Shown here: positions 27,501 to 42,500 of the stretch, piece by piece
Position numbering within the stretch: position 1 is the stretch's first letter
How the letters are laid out: each line of letters opens with the position of its first letter
Assembly: GCF_037042905.1 (NCBI RefSeq)
Contig: NC_087250.1
Coordinates: 28,026,001-28,090,000, forward strand
DNA: 64,000 nt
Origin: Lytechinus pictus
Lineage: Eukaryota
Reading direction: 5' to 3'
Notes under the pieces: generated by a model
Databases searched by the model: none
Seen by the model: only the letters and a program-made list of their open reading frames with translations
Told to the model about the DNA's origin: nothing
Position numbers and translations under genes: made by a program

Positions 27501-30500
27501 TGCTATTCCCACCCACTGCTCGAGCCATTTTGTATGCGAGGGATTCCTGATTGGTCATTACCGACTGCAAAAAAACAAAGAATGATCGAAAGTCATGCGT
27601 TTTTTTATTGGCACTGTTTACAAGGAGCTGCTGGGGGAAATACCTTCATAGCATATAATTTTGAGCGTTAACACACAGACACACCATCACACGCACTCAC
27701 GCCCACGCCACATATACACACACACACGTATCCTCACACACACACACAGGTCTATTATTTTTTACCATCCCGACAATCGAGTCCTTGAAAGCCAACTTGA
27801 CACTGGCATGCATAGCCATCTCCATCCAAATCAGTACACACGCCATGATTACATGAATTGTTGGTACAGTGTGGAGTCCTTCCTGCATTTCAGACATCAA
27901 CAAAATAAAGGAATTTGTTGACAAATTTTATTCCTTCATTAAAAATGATAGTGCATCGGAGCTTTTCTAACACTGCAAACCAGACCAAACTATTAATCGA
28001 AAATAAATACTTTGCAAATATGCAAAGTATTTCATTAATATCGAAGAATTAAAGTGGTTGTATTGTGGTTGTGGACGAAAAAAAATGACAGCCTTGTTTA
28101 ACTACTATTCTGTGCTAAAATCTTTTATTTCAAATCAACTATAAGCAACGCGACTCCTGAAGGAACATGTGTGTCGAAGGAATGAGTTGGTAAGTTGATG
28201 GAACAAGTTTTAAGTGGAGGGAATGAGTTGGTAAGTCAATGAAACGAGTTAGTTTCTAGAGGGAATGAGTTGGTTAGTTGATGGAACAAGTTTTAAGTGG
28301 AGGGAATGAGTTGGTAAGTCAAGGAAACGAGTTAGTGTCTCGAGGGAACGAGTTGGTAAGTTGATGGAACAAGTTTTAAGTTGAGGGAATGAGTTGGTAA
28401 GTCAAGGAAACGAGTTAGTGTCTCGAGGGAACGAGTTGGTAAGTTGATGGAACAAGTTTTAAGTGGAGGGAATGAGTTGGTAAGTCAAGGAAACGAGTTA
28501 GGGTGTCGAGGGAATGAGTTGGCAAATCGAGGGAACGAGTTGGTAAGTCGATGGAACAAGTTGGTAAGTCGAGGAAAAAGTTAATGTGTCGATGGAACGA
28601 GTTTGTAAGTCGAGGGAACAAGTTGGTAAGTCAAGGGAATGAGTTCGTAAGTTGAGGGAATAAATTGGTAAGTCGATGGAACGAGTTTGTAAGTCGAGGG
28701 AACAAGTTGGTAAGTCAAGGGAATGAGTTCGTAAGTTGAGGGAATAAATTGGTAAGTCGAGGGAAAGAGTTTGTCAAGGGGACGAGTACGTAAGTTGAGT
28801 GAACGAGATTGTAAGTCGGGGAACGAGCTAATAAGTCGAGATAACAAGTTTTCATGTCGAGGGAATGAGTTGATACGTCGAGTGAATGAGTTAGTAGGTC
28901 AAGGGAATGAGTTAGTCGAGTGAACGAGTGTGCCGAGGGAACTAGTTGGTAAGTCCAGGGCACGAGTTGGTAAGTCCGGGAAACGAGTTGATAAGTTGAG
29001 TAAACAAGTTAGTAAGTCAAGGGAATGAGTGGGTAAGTTGGGGTGACGAGTACTTCATGGGGCAAAGTTGGTAATTGGAGGGAAAGAGTGTGTTATGGGA
29101 ACAAGTTATTGGATAAAAAAAACGTATCATGTCACATTAGGGCTGTGTAATAAGTCAGATTTGACGCCATGTTTACTATTACATGAATTAAAATCTCTAT
29201 ACAGTTCGGAAGTGACTTAGCTTCTAAGCCATAAAGTGACATTGAGCATTGCAGCAGCGCATAGTCCTGATCTGATAATTTGTTAATACACTTAAGAACT
29301 CTATACACTATGGTTTTCTTCGTTATACAAATTACGTGTAAAATACACTGGTAACATTTACTCAAGTCTTTAAAAAATTATCAAACTTGGATGTCTGTTG
29401 TATTATGAACTTAAAAACATCCAGGAAAATTTGAAAAGTCATCCCAAAATTACAAATTGGCTCAGGTTAAGATATTTTTTTCATTTCCATTTTCAACTAA
29501 CAATGAATGTAATTGGTTATACTGCAAAATGATACTTGAAAAGGCACATCGAATGAAATTATTTCGTATGTTTTAAGGCGCATATGATATGACTTATAAC
29601 AGGTTTGACATGTTTGAAGAGTTAATTTAGAAGTTTGATTGTGGGAGTTTCATGAAAAATTACAGCTATCATAACTTTACCATTAGGGCATGGTAATAGG
29701 GCTCAGCATCCAGTGTTTCATTCACGCCTCTATCCTAGACTTACCTTCATCGCATTGAGACGTCACTTGTAGAATATGTTCTATGTGATCAAAAGAGGAT
29801 TCACTCTCTATAAACAACTCCGGATGGTCGAGGAAAAAATAAGTTGCGTACATACTAATGTCGACAAAAGATTCAGTTCTCAGAACGTCGTTCATGAAAT
29901 CATTATGGAATAGTCGTATCCCTTTTGTAGGCAGATGAAATTTTTCAGCGATACCTATTCCACATCCAGGCACGGTTTGTATTAATAAGGTGACTTCAAT
30001 GTCTATATCGGATAGCCGCTGAGGGACAGGAATATCGACCGATTCGCTACTATTTATGAAGAATTTGTGGACTCTTGAATCTAAGGTAGAAAATCGGACA
30101 AAATTTTAAGTTTTTTTGTACACTTGATTTTCTATACTATTCAAATACACACAAGCATCAGTCGTTAAATGCGATCCTATGGGACTAGCACGAGTTTTTA
30201 GAGGGAGGGGAGTGGCATTTCACATAGAGTTAAAAGTGATTTCGAGTCATGCTTAAATGCTGTCGCACACACAATATATGTAACGCAAAATCTTATCGAA
30301 TTCATTTGCAATATATAGGGCCTAACGCGAGTCACCTTGCACCGTTGAAACACTGTTTAAAATTATAAGCGCATCTTTCAAACCCGTCACTCTAACCACT
30401 ATTGCTTAAACTTTTTGAACAACTGTTTAAACGTTTTACACAACTGTTTCAACTTTTTAAGGAAGTTGTTTAAAAGTTTATAAACAATTACAAAAAACGT

Positions 30501-33500
30501 TTAAACAACTTGCTGTTAGAGTAACATGCTCAAACAACGTGCTATTTGTTGTGTTGGCATGAATTGACAAGGGAAGTGGGAGTAAGATCCTGATTTGATG
30601 ACTTTTAGCGCAGGCAACTGAAGTCAGATTCAACTCTTGTTGTATCCCCGTTTGCTTGGCATGCCATGAATGAATCAGCAACCTAAAATTGCCGGTACCC
30701 TGTAGCCTAGGCCTTAGATCTATTTCTAGATCCAATTCTTAAAGTTAAAAAAAATATCAAATTACCATTAATGACAAGACAAAATGTTAGGCTAGGCTAT
30801 GGCTACAACCTATAGGAAAGGGCATTAACTTATCTCAATTATTGACCTGTCTCGTGCCTACGGCCGACTAATGGCTAACTTAGAACTGGTTAATTCTGAA
30901 CTTTGGGCCTACGTTGACGTAGACCACTGAGCTTGGTAGCCTTGGTTTAATAGGTCTAGTCCGTATATAAAACTAGTCCTAGATCTAAATAGATTTAGTT
31001 TAGATCTAGTCTAGTCTCTAGATCAATTTAGACTATGCAATCTACACTCATGATCACGTAATGCCTGTAACCAATGATACTACAATAGTTGAGTTGAGCG
31101 GTTATGTGACAAACAATTGCGAAGATGCTCGGATCTAGCAGAAAGTGTAAAAAATTGGCACACCGGTGTATTTTCGGGCGCTGAATCAAAAAAAAAATGC
31201 CGGTCCCAAGCGATTTGACCATCGGGTCGGCCGCCATTTTGAAATCCAAGATAGCCGCCATGAAAAATTATTAAAGGTCAAGTCCACCTCAGAAAAATGT
31301 TGATTTGAATCAATAGAAAAAAATCAGACAAGCACAATGCTGAAAATTTCATCAATATCGGATGTAAAATAAGAAAGTTATGACATATCAAAGTTCCGCT
31401 TATTTTTAACAAAACAGTTATATGAACGAGCCAGTTACATCCAAATAAGAGAGTGGATGACGTCACTCACTCACTATTTCTTTTGTTTGTTATTGTTTGA
31501 ATTATACAATATATCAATTTTTACGAATTTGACGATTAGGACCTCCTTGCCTGAAGCACAAAATATTAAAATAATGGAATTCCAAGTGTTCAGTGAGGAA
31601 TGAAACTTCATTTCACATGACAATGACGAGAAAATAGTGAGTGAGTGATGTCATCGACTCTCTCATTTGGATGTAACTGGCTCGTTCATATAACAGTATT
31701 GTTAAAAATAAGCGGAACTTTGAAATGTCATAACTTTCTTATTATACATCCGATTTTGATGAAATTTTCAGCATTGTGCTTGTCTGATTTTTCTCTTTTT
31801 ATTCAAATCAAGTTTCTGTTTGGGTGGACTTGTCCTTTAAATGTCATTTTCTTGAAATTGTGAAGGGTTGAATGAATAGACGAGTAATACATCTTAAATC
31901 TTTTTTTCATTCATTTTTGTTTTGCTTCTATTACAGATGAATATATTTCAGAGGTTTCTAGGTAATAAAAGGGGGAATTATTCTCATGCACCACCCCTGA
32001 GCCCTCTCCCAAGTCTGGTCCAAAGTCCCCTCTCTCAATCCCCCCATATTTCGGAGTATTTCATTTCATGTCTATTTCGAACAATAAATTATGGATTTTC
32101 ATTTTTTTTTCATTTTGGATATGTTTTATTCACAGCTGCGTACCGATGTGCGATGGTTTACTTACTCAACTCTATAGTGGGCGTCCTTCTCTATGAGCGT
32201 AATTTATCGGGCGTTTGGGAGCGTTTAAAAAAATCGCCGAAGTTTCCGATCTTCTCGTTGTAGTATTTTTGTTATATAGTCCAGGATAGGCCCCGTAGAA
32301 ATTTGACCAAACCTTGTTTTTATATATACACTATTTTTTGTTTATATACACTATGGTTTCTCGTCAATTCGAGGGTGATGATTACGAATTTGGCGATGCC
32401 ACTTGTGTATTAGCCTTGAGCATTTTCCGCAAATTGGCAAAATCCAATATGGCGGCCAAAATATGCAAATCACTCATGAAAATCCTAAGATTGTCTGCAC
32501 ATTGGCTATGAAATGCATGAAATCATGTGAAAGGATTAAAATACTCTGAAAAAGTAGTTTTGACAAAACATTTATTTTTCTGATATTCAAAATGGCCGCC
32601 ATAGTCCATTGTATATTCTATTATGTACAATATTAACAGGAAAAACTCATTTTCACAAGAATGAGCACTAAACCTCAAAAAGCCCGATGTATGAACGAAG
32701 TTATATATGCGCAAATTATCATTACCAACGAGATATATCATTTATTATGTCATATATGGGAATATTCATGTATTTTGATATTTTAAATAGCCACCAATGG
32801 CCCAAAAGTAGTATGTACAATGGCAATGCCTGAGGCCAAACAAGTGAAAAGAGTGAGCACTAAAATGGATATTATTAGGATAAATGAGTGGAATATTGAC
32901 TAAAACATCATAGTTAATATGCCATTTATTTGATAAATGCTGTATTTTGACATTCAAAATGGCCGCCATAGTCCATTGTATACTTATATAATATTGTCTG
33001 GCCTTGGGGGGAACATCAAATATATTGCCAGCAAAAGAATCATATTGGCCCGAGTCTTTAGACGAGGGCAATATGGGTCATTTAAGGGCAATATATTTGA
33101 TGTTCCCCAAAAGAAGAGCCAGTCAATATTTTTATTATCATCCAAATCAGATATCTAGAGCAGAGATCACGATAATGGGGATATTTCTTTTAAAAATAGA
33201 ATTCTATAATATCGGTCTAGGCTCTGCTCTTTACCATTATGACGTACTTGCAAGCGCTCGGATCCAGCGTTGTCTTTATCATGACGTATTGTTGGTGCGC
33301 GGATCCTTATGAAGCGTATCTCTTTATACGCATCCACAAATGCCTGGATGTGAGACCAGGGAAAATAGAAGGGTATTTTTGGCGTCGTCTCTGCATGCAA
33401 AGTAAATACGCGCATTGAGACCGAGGAAAATACAAACAATATACCTACCCTTCCCGATATTCAGAAAACGTAGGGCAATACGGTTTTGTAAATGACCAGC

Positions 33501-36500
33501 TCAGACGCCTGATACGGGTGATAATCTATTATGTACAATATGAACAGGGAAACTAATTTTCACAAGAGTGAGAATCATAAAACGCATACAGCTGTGATAT
33601 ACGAGTAAAAATATTGTCTTAAACATTATTTTTAATTATATATGGCAGTGAGTCCAAACTTCGCGCTTGTACACACTTCGCGGACGGTCATTATCTAAAA
33701 AACTGGCCAATATCCTTAAAATCTGACATCGTCAATGTGAAAAGCGACCTAAAATTACCCTTTAGTGAAAATTTCTTCAGGATGAGTTCAGCATTCATTA
33801 AAATATTGGCAAAAATTGGCAAATTTGCCACCGCTAGCGCCCGTTTTGAAGAAATCAACAAGCATCACGATATCACAATTTTGCAAGCAGAAATCATCAA
33901 AATTGTGAGTTAAATGTGGTACTAACCGATTCCATAGCATTTTGCCATCAATCTGATATAAATATTTAACTTTTTGAGCTTGAGTTTTTGTTTAAATCTC
34001 CACGAAAGCTTTGGTGCGCGAAATTATGTCACACTTTTTCAGAACGGTTTTCCAGCACAGCCCGCATTCGACGATCGGAATAGAATTTTGAGATCGCGAT
34101 ACCGGCGAAACCCCTTGACCTACTTTACATTTGCGTCCATGATTTTATAGTTTACGATCTTGCCGTCAATGTGGTAACTATTTCTTGAATTGGTTTTGTA
34201 TAGATTATGAATATTTTGTGAACAAAATTAAGCCTGATGAATATTTTTGAAAAGTGCGCGAAGTTTGGACACCCCATCATAAATCCCATTTGTTCCCATT
34301 CGCATTGTGCATAATACCGTAAGGGCCTGTAGCGGCCATTTTGACTATCCAATAACAGTATATATCACCTAACTGGCAGAATAAATGATATATCGTAATA
34401 TAAATTATGCTTTCAGACAATATTTAACTCATAAATCACTTTTACGTTTTTAACCAAAATGTTTTTCCATTTTTCTGGTATACAACTCCAAATTAATTTT
34501 GATTCACATAAATAATGTCCTTTTTTCTTTAATTTTGCATGAATACACAGTATATCTAATAGTCCATCATTGTTAACAATATCTCCAATATTAAACAAGA
34601 ATGTCTGAGCATACTTTGTATCCTCTGGCAAAAAGCGCTTTATAAATCCAGCTATTATTATTATTATTACCCAATGCTTCCAAAACAAACACTTATTCTT
34701 ATATAAAATGTTTTGGTTAAAGATAAACATTGTTCAAATCATTCAATATTTAGCTACTTTCAACTAAAGGACCATGGTCCTGTTATATAGATAAAAACAA
34801 ATTAAACATTTATCTGTTAAACTTTCTAAAAGATTATACAATTTTCTTGTAGATAAAAAGTTTATAACCCCAAATGTTGAACAATATTGGTCACTTTATT
34901 TCAAAGAAAATTTGATTTGGAACAATATCTGGAAAGAAAAAGTTACTTTCAATTAAGAATTTCGTTTAGCTGAATTCAACTTTAAATTTTTGTATAAACT
35001 TTTGATGTTAAATGAATATTTGTTTCGATTTAAATTGGCAGAATCTCCACTTTGTTTTAAATGTAAAACTATTGACAACTATTATCACTTATCATATGAT
35101 TGCCATTATTCTAGACTCTTTTGGTTAAAATCAAGTAACTTTTGTGTTACCATTAATCTTGATATTAAAAATGTGGATATAAGTTATAAAGACATTGTGA
35201 TTGGTAGACACGGTGGTTATGGACACAACGTTATATCTTTCTTAAATGTATTAATCATTTTAGCTTCTTATACATTTTTTTCAACAAAAAAGAAAATCAA
35301 ATTTTAAAGAAATATTTGAAATATTCTTAGAAGAAATAAAATGGAGAGCAAATATTAAAAAAAAATTGGAAAAATTGCAAAACAAAGATTGAAAAGTCAA
35401 TTTAGACATTATGTTTGCTTACTATTGAACATGTATAAAATTCTTTCTTGCTATATTTATAAAAAAATTTTATGTTGAATTCTAATGTATATCATGCTGT
35501 TGTTTTTTTATTATTATTATCTTTGTTCAATGTACAGTGACGATGTAAATGAGAACATACAAATAAAATAAAAAAATAAAAAAATCACTTTTACGTGCAT
35601 TAATGGTGCTCACTCCTGTGAATATTGGTTTCCCATTTTGCATTGTGCATAATACTGTTAATGTCGTTTGCGGCCATTTGGAAAGTCAAAATATAGTATT
35701 TCACACAAACTCGAAACCTGAATGATATTCGTTAGAAAATATGTTTTTAGACAGTATCCCATTAATGTATCACATATATATGCATTTCAGTGCTCACTCT
35801 TGGGATTTCTTTGCTCCTCTTTTTCATTGTGAATAATACTTTTAGGGCCTTAGGCAGCCATTTTGAATATGAAAATACAGAAATGTTACCATATATAATA
35901 GATTATATATATTTCGCTAGTAATGTTGATTTGCATATACATCGCGATTTTTTGTAGTTGAATGCATATTTTTTTGTGAAAATTAGTTTTCATTTATCAC
36001 ATTCATCGCATATTAATAATATATTTCGTTAACAATTATGTTTTTAGTCAGCATTCCACTCGTTTAATGTTAACAATATGCTTTTTATTTATCACTCTTG
36101 TGATTTTTTTGGCCCCAATTGCCATTGTACGCAATACTGTTTGGGCCAGTGGCGGCCATTTTAGATATCAAAATACAGAAATGTTCCCATATGTAATAGA
36201 TGATATATCTCGCTAGTAATATTGATTTGCATATATTACTTCGTTCATACATCGCGATTTTTGCAGTTGAGTGCATATTTTTGTGAAAATTAGTTTTCCC
36301 TATTCATATTGGGTGATTTCAAGTACGGTGTTGAAATCTGGTGTTGGTATTGTGACAACACCAACACCAGCTACAACACCGTACTTGAAATCAGGCTGGT
36401 GTTGGGATTGACCTCGGAAAATATGAAGTATTTCCGGCAGTTCGTGTTGAAGGCTGGTGTTGAATGTCGTCTGCTGAACCCAGCACTGCGGCTGGTGTTG

Positions 36501-39500
36501 ACGATCTACGTGCAATTTCCCCATTCACCAAAACCAACCCCCAGGGATTGGGAAAATCGTGATTTCAAGTTCGGTGTTGGTGTTGATGAACTATAGCTCA
36601 CGAACAAGCGGCGAACACCCAGAAACATCCCCTTAAAATTATATTTTACAGTTAAGATGGAGCGCAAATCATTGCAGTTTTACACATTTTAGTGAAAATA
36701 ATATTTAAGCTTTCTGATTATTCCAGTGATTTTCATCTTTGCATTCTGTACGAGAAGATTTTATTGCAATTTCTTCCCGATTTAACTTTTGTCGTCGAGA
36801 ATTTATTGCGTAAAGTTGAGATGATCACAGCAGCGCAGCACAGAGGCGTGACGTCATAGGTTATCGATAACGCGATCGGTATCGCTCCTCTGAACTCAGC
36901 TCGGTGTTGAAGCTCGGTTCAGCAGCCTTTTCACGCTCTCAACACCAACACCAACACCAACACCGTACTTGAAATCACCCATTGTACATAATAAAGTATA
37001 CAAGGGCCTATGGCGGCCATTTTGAATATAAGGAAAATAAATACTCTGTCAAAAATATTTTTTTCAAAGAGTATTTCACTCCTGCAACACAATTTCATGC
37101 ATTTCATAGCCAATGTGCGAAAAATTTAGGATTTTCATAGGTAATTTGCATATTTTTGCGGCGATATTGGATTGTTTTCAAATGTGCAGAAAATGCTCAA
37201 GGTTACACGAGTTGCATCATTCAGATTCGTAATCAGCACCCTCGATTGACAAGAAACCAAAAAAAAATATATTGTATATGTAAAAAAAGGTTATAACGTC
37301 AGGCACAAATTAACGTCAGTGCGCAAACCACGCACGTGAATGTTTAACGCGCGGCTCTGCATAGATATTTTGATCACCGAGTAAACTTTCTTCATCAACA
37401 AAATGTAATTGATCGATAAACATTTTTTTTTTAAATTATTAAGTCTTTAATTTCCCGCGCTCGAAATCGGCAATTGCATTACTAGTTCTATAGAGCTAAG
37501 GCTACCAAGCTCATTGGTTGAACGTAAGTAAACGTAAAGTTCGGAATTACTAGTAGTTCTCAGCTAACCGTGGCATTAGTCGGCTGCAGGCATTTACGTT
37601 AGACATGTCCAGATTTAAGATGAATGAATTTCATTTGTTACAAAATATCACAATCAGGTACAATTACATGGGATAGTATCACATATAAAAAAATAATAAT
37701 AATTGGTAATTGGAGATAACATAATAGTAATATGCTAATCGAGGTTAGCCCCAAATTATGTAATCATCATAGTTAAAACAATAATTTTAACTAAATATCA
37801 ATATTGTACATCAAATTCAGTACTAATTCTACTTATTACTGTTGCAGAAAATTGCGATCATATTTAGTGAACATATTAACAGGAAAAAATAAAAAATATA
37901 AACATGTTATTCCCTAGCATATGCTATAGCAATGCCCTAAGCATATGCTATAGCCATAGCCTAGCCTAATATTTTTTTCTGTCATTAATGGCAATTTGAT
38001 AAGTGTTAAAAAATTGGATCTAGAGATAGATCTAAGCCGAAGGCCTATATGCCGTGGGATACCGGCACATTGAGGGTGATGATTCATCGCATGCATGCAT
38101 GCAACGCGAACGCAACGGCCACAATTTTAAAACGAAAATTCACGCGCATGCGTAGTCTTATTTTGAAGACAAAATAATTAATATTTATAATGATGTCCAC
38201 AACTGCGGTGGGAAAAATAATTTCGCAGGCGGCCCCTCGAGCTATGGGAGGAACCAAATGTGGCACTGGAAGCTCGTCCTAGATTGGATATATACTGTCA
38301 CCATAGTAAGAACCAGAATATTGCACACGAAACATAAATTGAATGTTTCCGTTGCGGATGTAAAACGTAAACAAAATTCTGTCACACAACTTGCATTGCA
38401 GGACAGTGTTTTGCGATGGTCCCAAAAGTCTCTTCAAAAATCAATATACCATCGCGAAGTCCGTCAACGTTGCAAAGTAAAAATTTGGGAATGATGGTTA
38501 ATGTCAATCAGAATTCTGGTAAATTATAAATAATGAAGGGATTTGATTGATTTCGACAATTATTTGCTCGGTCAAACATTGTCATTATTTTAATAAAAAA
38601 AGACATAAAGTCTTCGCTGGTAGCCCCTGAGGCAATTAATTGTCTTAAAAATACTCATTTTGTTATTCCATATTGTAAATGGAACTTCCCCTAGTTAAAT
38701 CACGAACCTTATAAGGTCTACAACTTCTAATCTCTTACAAATTATAAACTTTTACTTTACAAGTTCCGGTTCGAAAGAAATCATTTACCCTTTGCGCGCT
38801 GATGTTGCAATTTTGCACGTTCGTATAATTCAATTCAACGTAATAATTAGTTTTCTCCCCATCCTTCAAATTAGGTAAGCTAATAAAAGGCGATAGTTCT
38901 TGGATGACATCTATATAATATAAAATAAATATCAATGGTGCAAGATGGATATCTTGAATTAAAGAAAATTACATTGAAACAATTGTCATTATTATCCCAA
39001 AAAATATTTCAGCGTGCAAAGAGTTAAGAAATGGGTGTTTGCTCATGTAAGTCGACCACTTGGAATCATTCTTGTCCAAGTATTATAAAAATGCAGACAT
39101 CAGCGACCATCTTCACTAACCTAAATACATATATAATGTACATATTTATCATATACATACTTATATAATGGTGATTTTTTTTGAGCAACCATACAATGTA
39201 AATAGTAGTCCTATAGTTCGAACCTTAAATTTTTGCTTTTCCTTTACTAAACTGTTCTGAAGCGCCTTGGACATCTAGTTAAGATAAAAAGTAATAATGT
39301 ACATTATGAAGTATTAAAATTGAACTGTTTTTCTAACCATTTTTACAGTTGACTCCGTGGAATCCAGGCTTACAGCTACAAACATATCCAAGGTGTATAT
39401 CGAGTGATTTACAATCGCCAAACCCACAATCCACTTTGCTGCACGGATCATCCAGGGAAAGTTCTGTAAAGAAATTATTAAAAGAAAAAAATATATATAT

Positions 39501-42500
39501 AATATGCACGATGATAATTAAAGGGTGTATCTACCCCCATTCGGAGAAAAAAAAACATGGCTTGAATAAAATGCTATCATGTTCTTCAGTTCAAGACAAT
39601 GACAATGTAGCAGACTCGGGAACCGTTTCACAAAGCTGTTCGTAAAAGACCGGGGGCCGGGAGTGTTTATTTAGCTGATCGGATTCATAAAGTTTTATGG
39701 TTCTATCATGTTCGCATGATATCAGACGTCAAGAAAATGTGTTGCTGCCGGGTCATATCCTGTACAGAAGGCCCAGAGGACCCCATTTTTGTCGGCCATC
39801 TTGGATTTTTCATGAAAACAAATTATTTTCATATATTTGCACAGACAATGGGAAAATACTAAATAAATACGCATTTTACAACGATTTAGATAGAAGAAAT
39901 CGATTGCAATCTTTTTCTGGACAGTCCGGTCAATATTTTTAAAAATGTATTAGAATTTATGCCCAGGTTCCATGTTTTTTGTCAAAAATTTGTATGTGCA
40001 TTTTTATCTTTTTGTTTTGTCATTAATATAACAACACTAATGCAAAACACAAGCATTCAACACGAAAGAAGATATATTAACGAGAACATTGATAAGCTTC
40101 ATGACAGTATTAATGTCTTAACGTGTTTGGACAAAGGGAAATGACATCCAGATGTATTCCCCAATATGGCGATAAAATGACACCAAAAATTTTCATGCTA
40201 GAAAAATCATTCATTTTCACAGTATTCTTAATCATGCTGTCTAAACAAATGAGAAACTTTGATTAGTTTTATGGTAATAATATATTATTATGGGGTAGTC
40301 GTGCAAAAATATGACAAGCGAGAAATATATGTTGTCCAAGTAGTCCAGTCAATATAGGGTTTGACCCACCACTAATTGCAACACGAGATATTCCACTGCA
40401 ATGCTTTCAAGGAAGGTCCCCTAAACAACATACTAAAAGTCCCAAGAAATCCAAGCAGTGGAAATTTATGAAATTTGCATATTATGCAAATTAGCCATAT
40501 AAAGTTAGAAAAAATAAGGAAAATAGCCCAAAGATTACAAATTAAGTGTCCAAAACAATTCAATTTGAGCGAAAATTCATGATAAATAACTGTATTCAAT
40601 GTTTTTTGTCAAAAGTGCAAAAAAATCTACCTCATTTGCATAATATGCAAATAAGCATCCTTATATGGAAAAATGTCAAGGTATTGTGATTTTTCTCTCA
40701 TTAACTGCTTGGAAATTTCATTGATGTTGAAATTTACATGCTGCTATCACTAAGGACGTTGAATACATTTGTATTCAGCTTAGTGTATGTAGTGTAATTT
40801 GCATATTATGCAAATAAAAGTATCTAACATGTTATAGATATTCAAGAAAACTCACTGTTGATACATCCCTCAAAATTGCAAGTAGATTATCTATTGAAAA
40901 TTGGAATATGGCAATACCTTACAGGAAGGTTTCCTAAACACCATATTAAAAGTCCTTAAATATACAAGCATATAGGAAAATCACAAAATTTGCATTTTAT
41001 GCAAATTAGCCATAATAAATTACAAATAATGAAAATAATCCAAATATTGGAAATCAAGTGCAGAAAACAATACGAATTGAACTGAAGCCCATGATAAGTT
41101 TTACAAATTTATTTATTTTTTAAATAAAAATCGTAAATAAATCTACCTCATTTGCATATTTATGAGCATCTTCATATGGAAAAAAATCCAGTAATTTTGA
41201 TTTTTCTCCCAAAACCAGTTATGAAAACATTTTAGTCTAGATCAATATGATGTGATCACTAAGAATGGCAAATACATTAATAATCAGCTTAATATCTGAA
41301 GTGTAATTTACATATTATGCAAATAAGCATCCGACATATTATAAATATTCAAGGAAAACATACGTGATACTTTCCTCCAAAATTCCAGGTAGATTATGTA
41401 TATTAACCATGATGACATTCCCTACACTTCTTGCTTGGTTGATATTGACTTATGTCACGAGCAGTTACTCCACTCATATTGTACAATGATGAGTCCATTC
41501 TACATGGATCCCACTGCTCGAATGCTTCATTATTTCCATCCAAGTCTTGCTCTCTTCTTGACGTTGTAGAGACTTTGCGTTTCTTGCGAGTATATAGTCC
41601 ACGCTAGCAAGTTCCTGGATTGCCAAGTGATCAGCACAAGATGTCACACCCGTACAAATAAAAGCCCATTAGCTTCGAATATTTGGTCCTTGTAGCACAC
41701 CACTTAGCTTATAAACTTGGGGTCCTTGTATTTAAAGCGCTTAATGATAAATCTCCACCCTACATATCAGAGCTCTTATCTCAGCATAGACCAACACACA
41801 GTCTCAGATCAGCAGATCAAGCATTGCTGAGGGAATCTCTCAGCCACACAACCTGGGGTGACAGTCACTGACAGAGCCTTCTACATTTCTGGATCAAAGC
41901 TGTGGAATAGCCTTCCCCAATTTTTCAGGAGAGCAGAGACCCAATCAACTTTTGAGTCTTACCCGAAGACCTTCTGTTCCCCACTCCAACATTATCCCAA
42001 GAATAACTCAATTGTAGCATTACTAGGACAGTACTTGAACTGAATGATGATCCTAAGCACTGTTTGAAGACATTGAAATTTGTGAGATATTTCCTATTTT
42101 TTAGCAAGCGCCATGAGCGCCCAGCTGAGGCGGATACCGGCGCTTTACAAGAACCCATCATCATCATCATCTTTATCATCATCATCATCACTTGTCATGG
42201 TGGTGAATATGAGTACTTGCTTGGATCACAAGATATCTGGGCATGCTTAATAAGAGTAACAATGGACATTTGCCTATACGAGCGACATGAAGGCCATTCA
42301 TAAATTCATGATGAAGGCTTAAAGTGCATTATAGGCATCTTTCTCAGATACAGGAATCGTGATTAGACGTTCTTGCTGAATCCAGTTGCTGCTTCATGAA
42401 TAAGCATCCATTTTCTTTTCTTTCCTCTTTGATAAATCTCCTATGGCAACCATCTCCATATATTAAAGCTATAGTTTCTAAGTAAGTCGTATGCAAATAA

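Larger units (their letters stand above)
32310..37290. mobile_element. Large inverted-arm (foldback-type) structure rich in aaaatggccgcc subrepeats, with nested insertions
   Basis: 32350-32650 is the reverse complement of 36985-37260; it contains a TIR element (~33645-34278), an L1/Tx1 copy and a Harbinger-like element. Confidence 0.6.
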
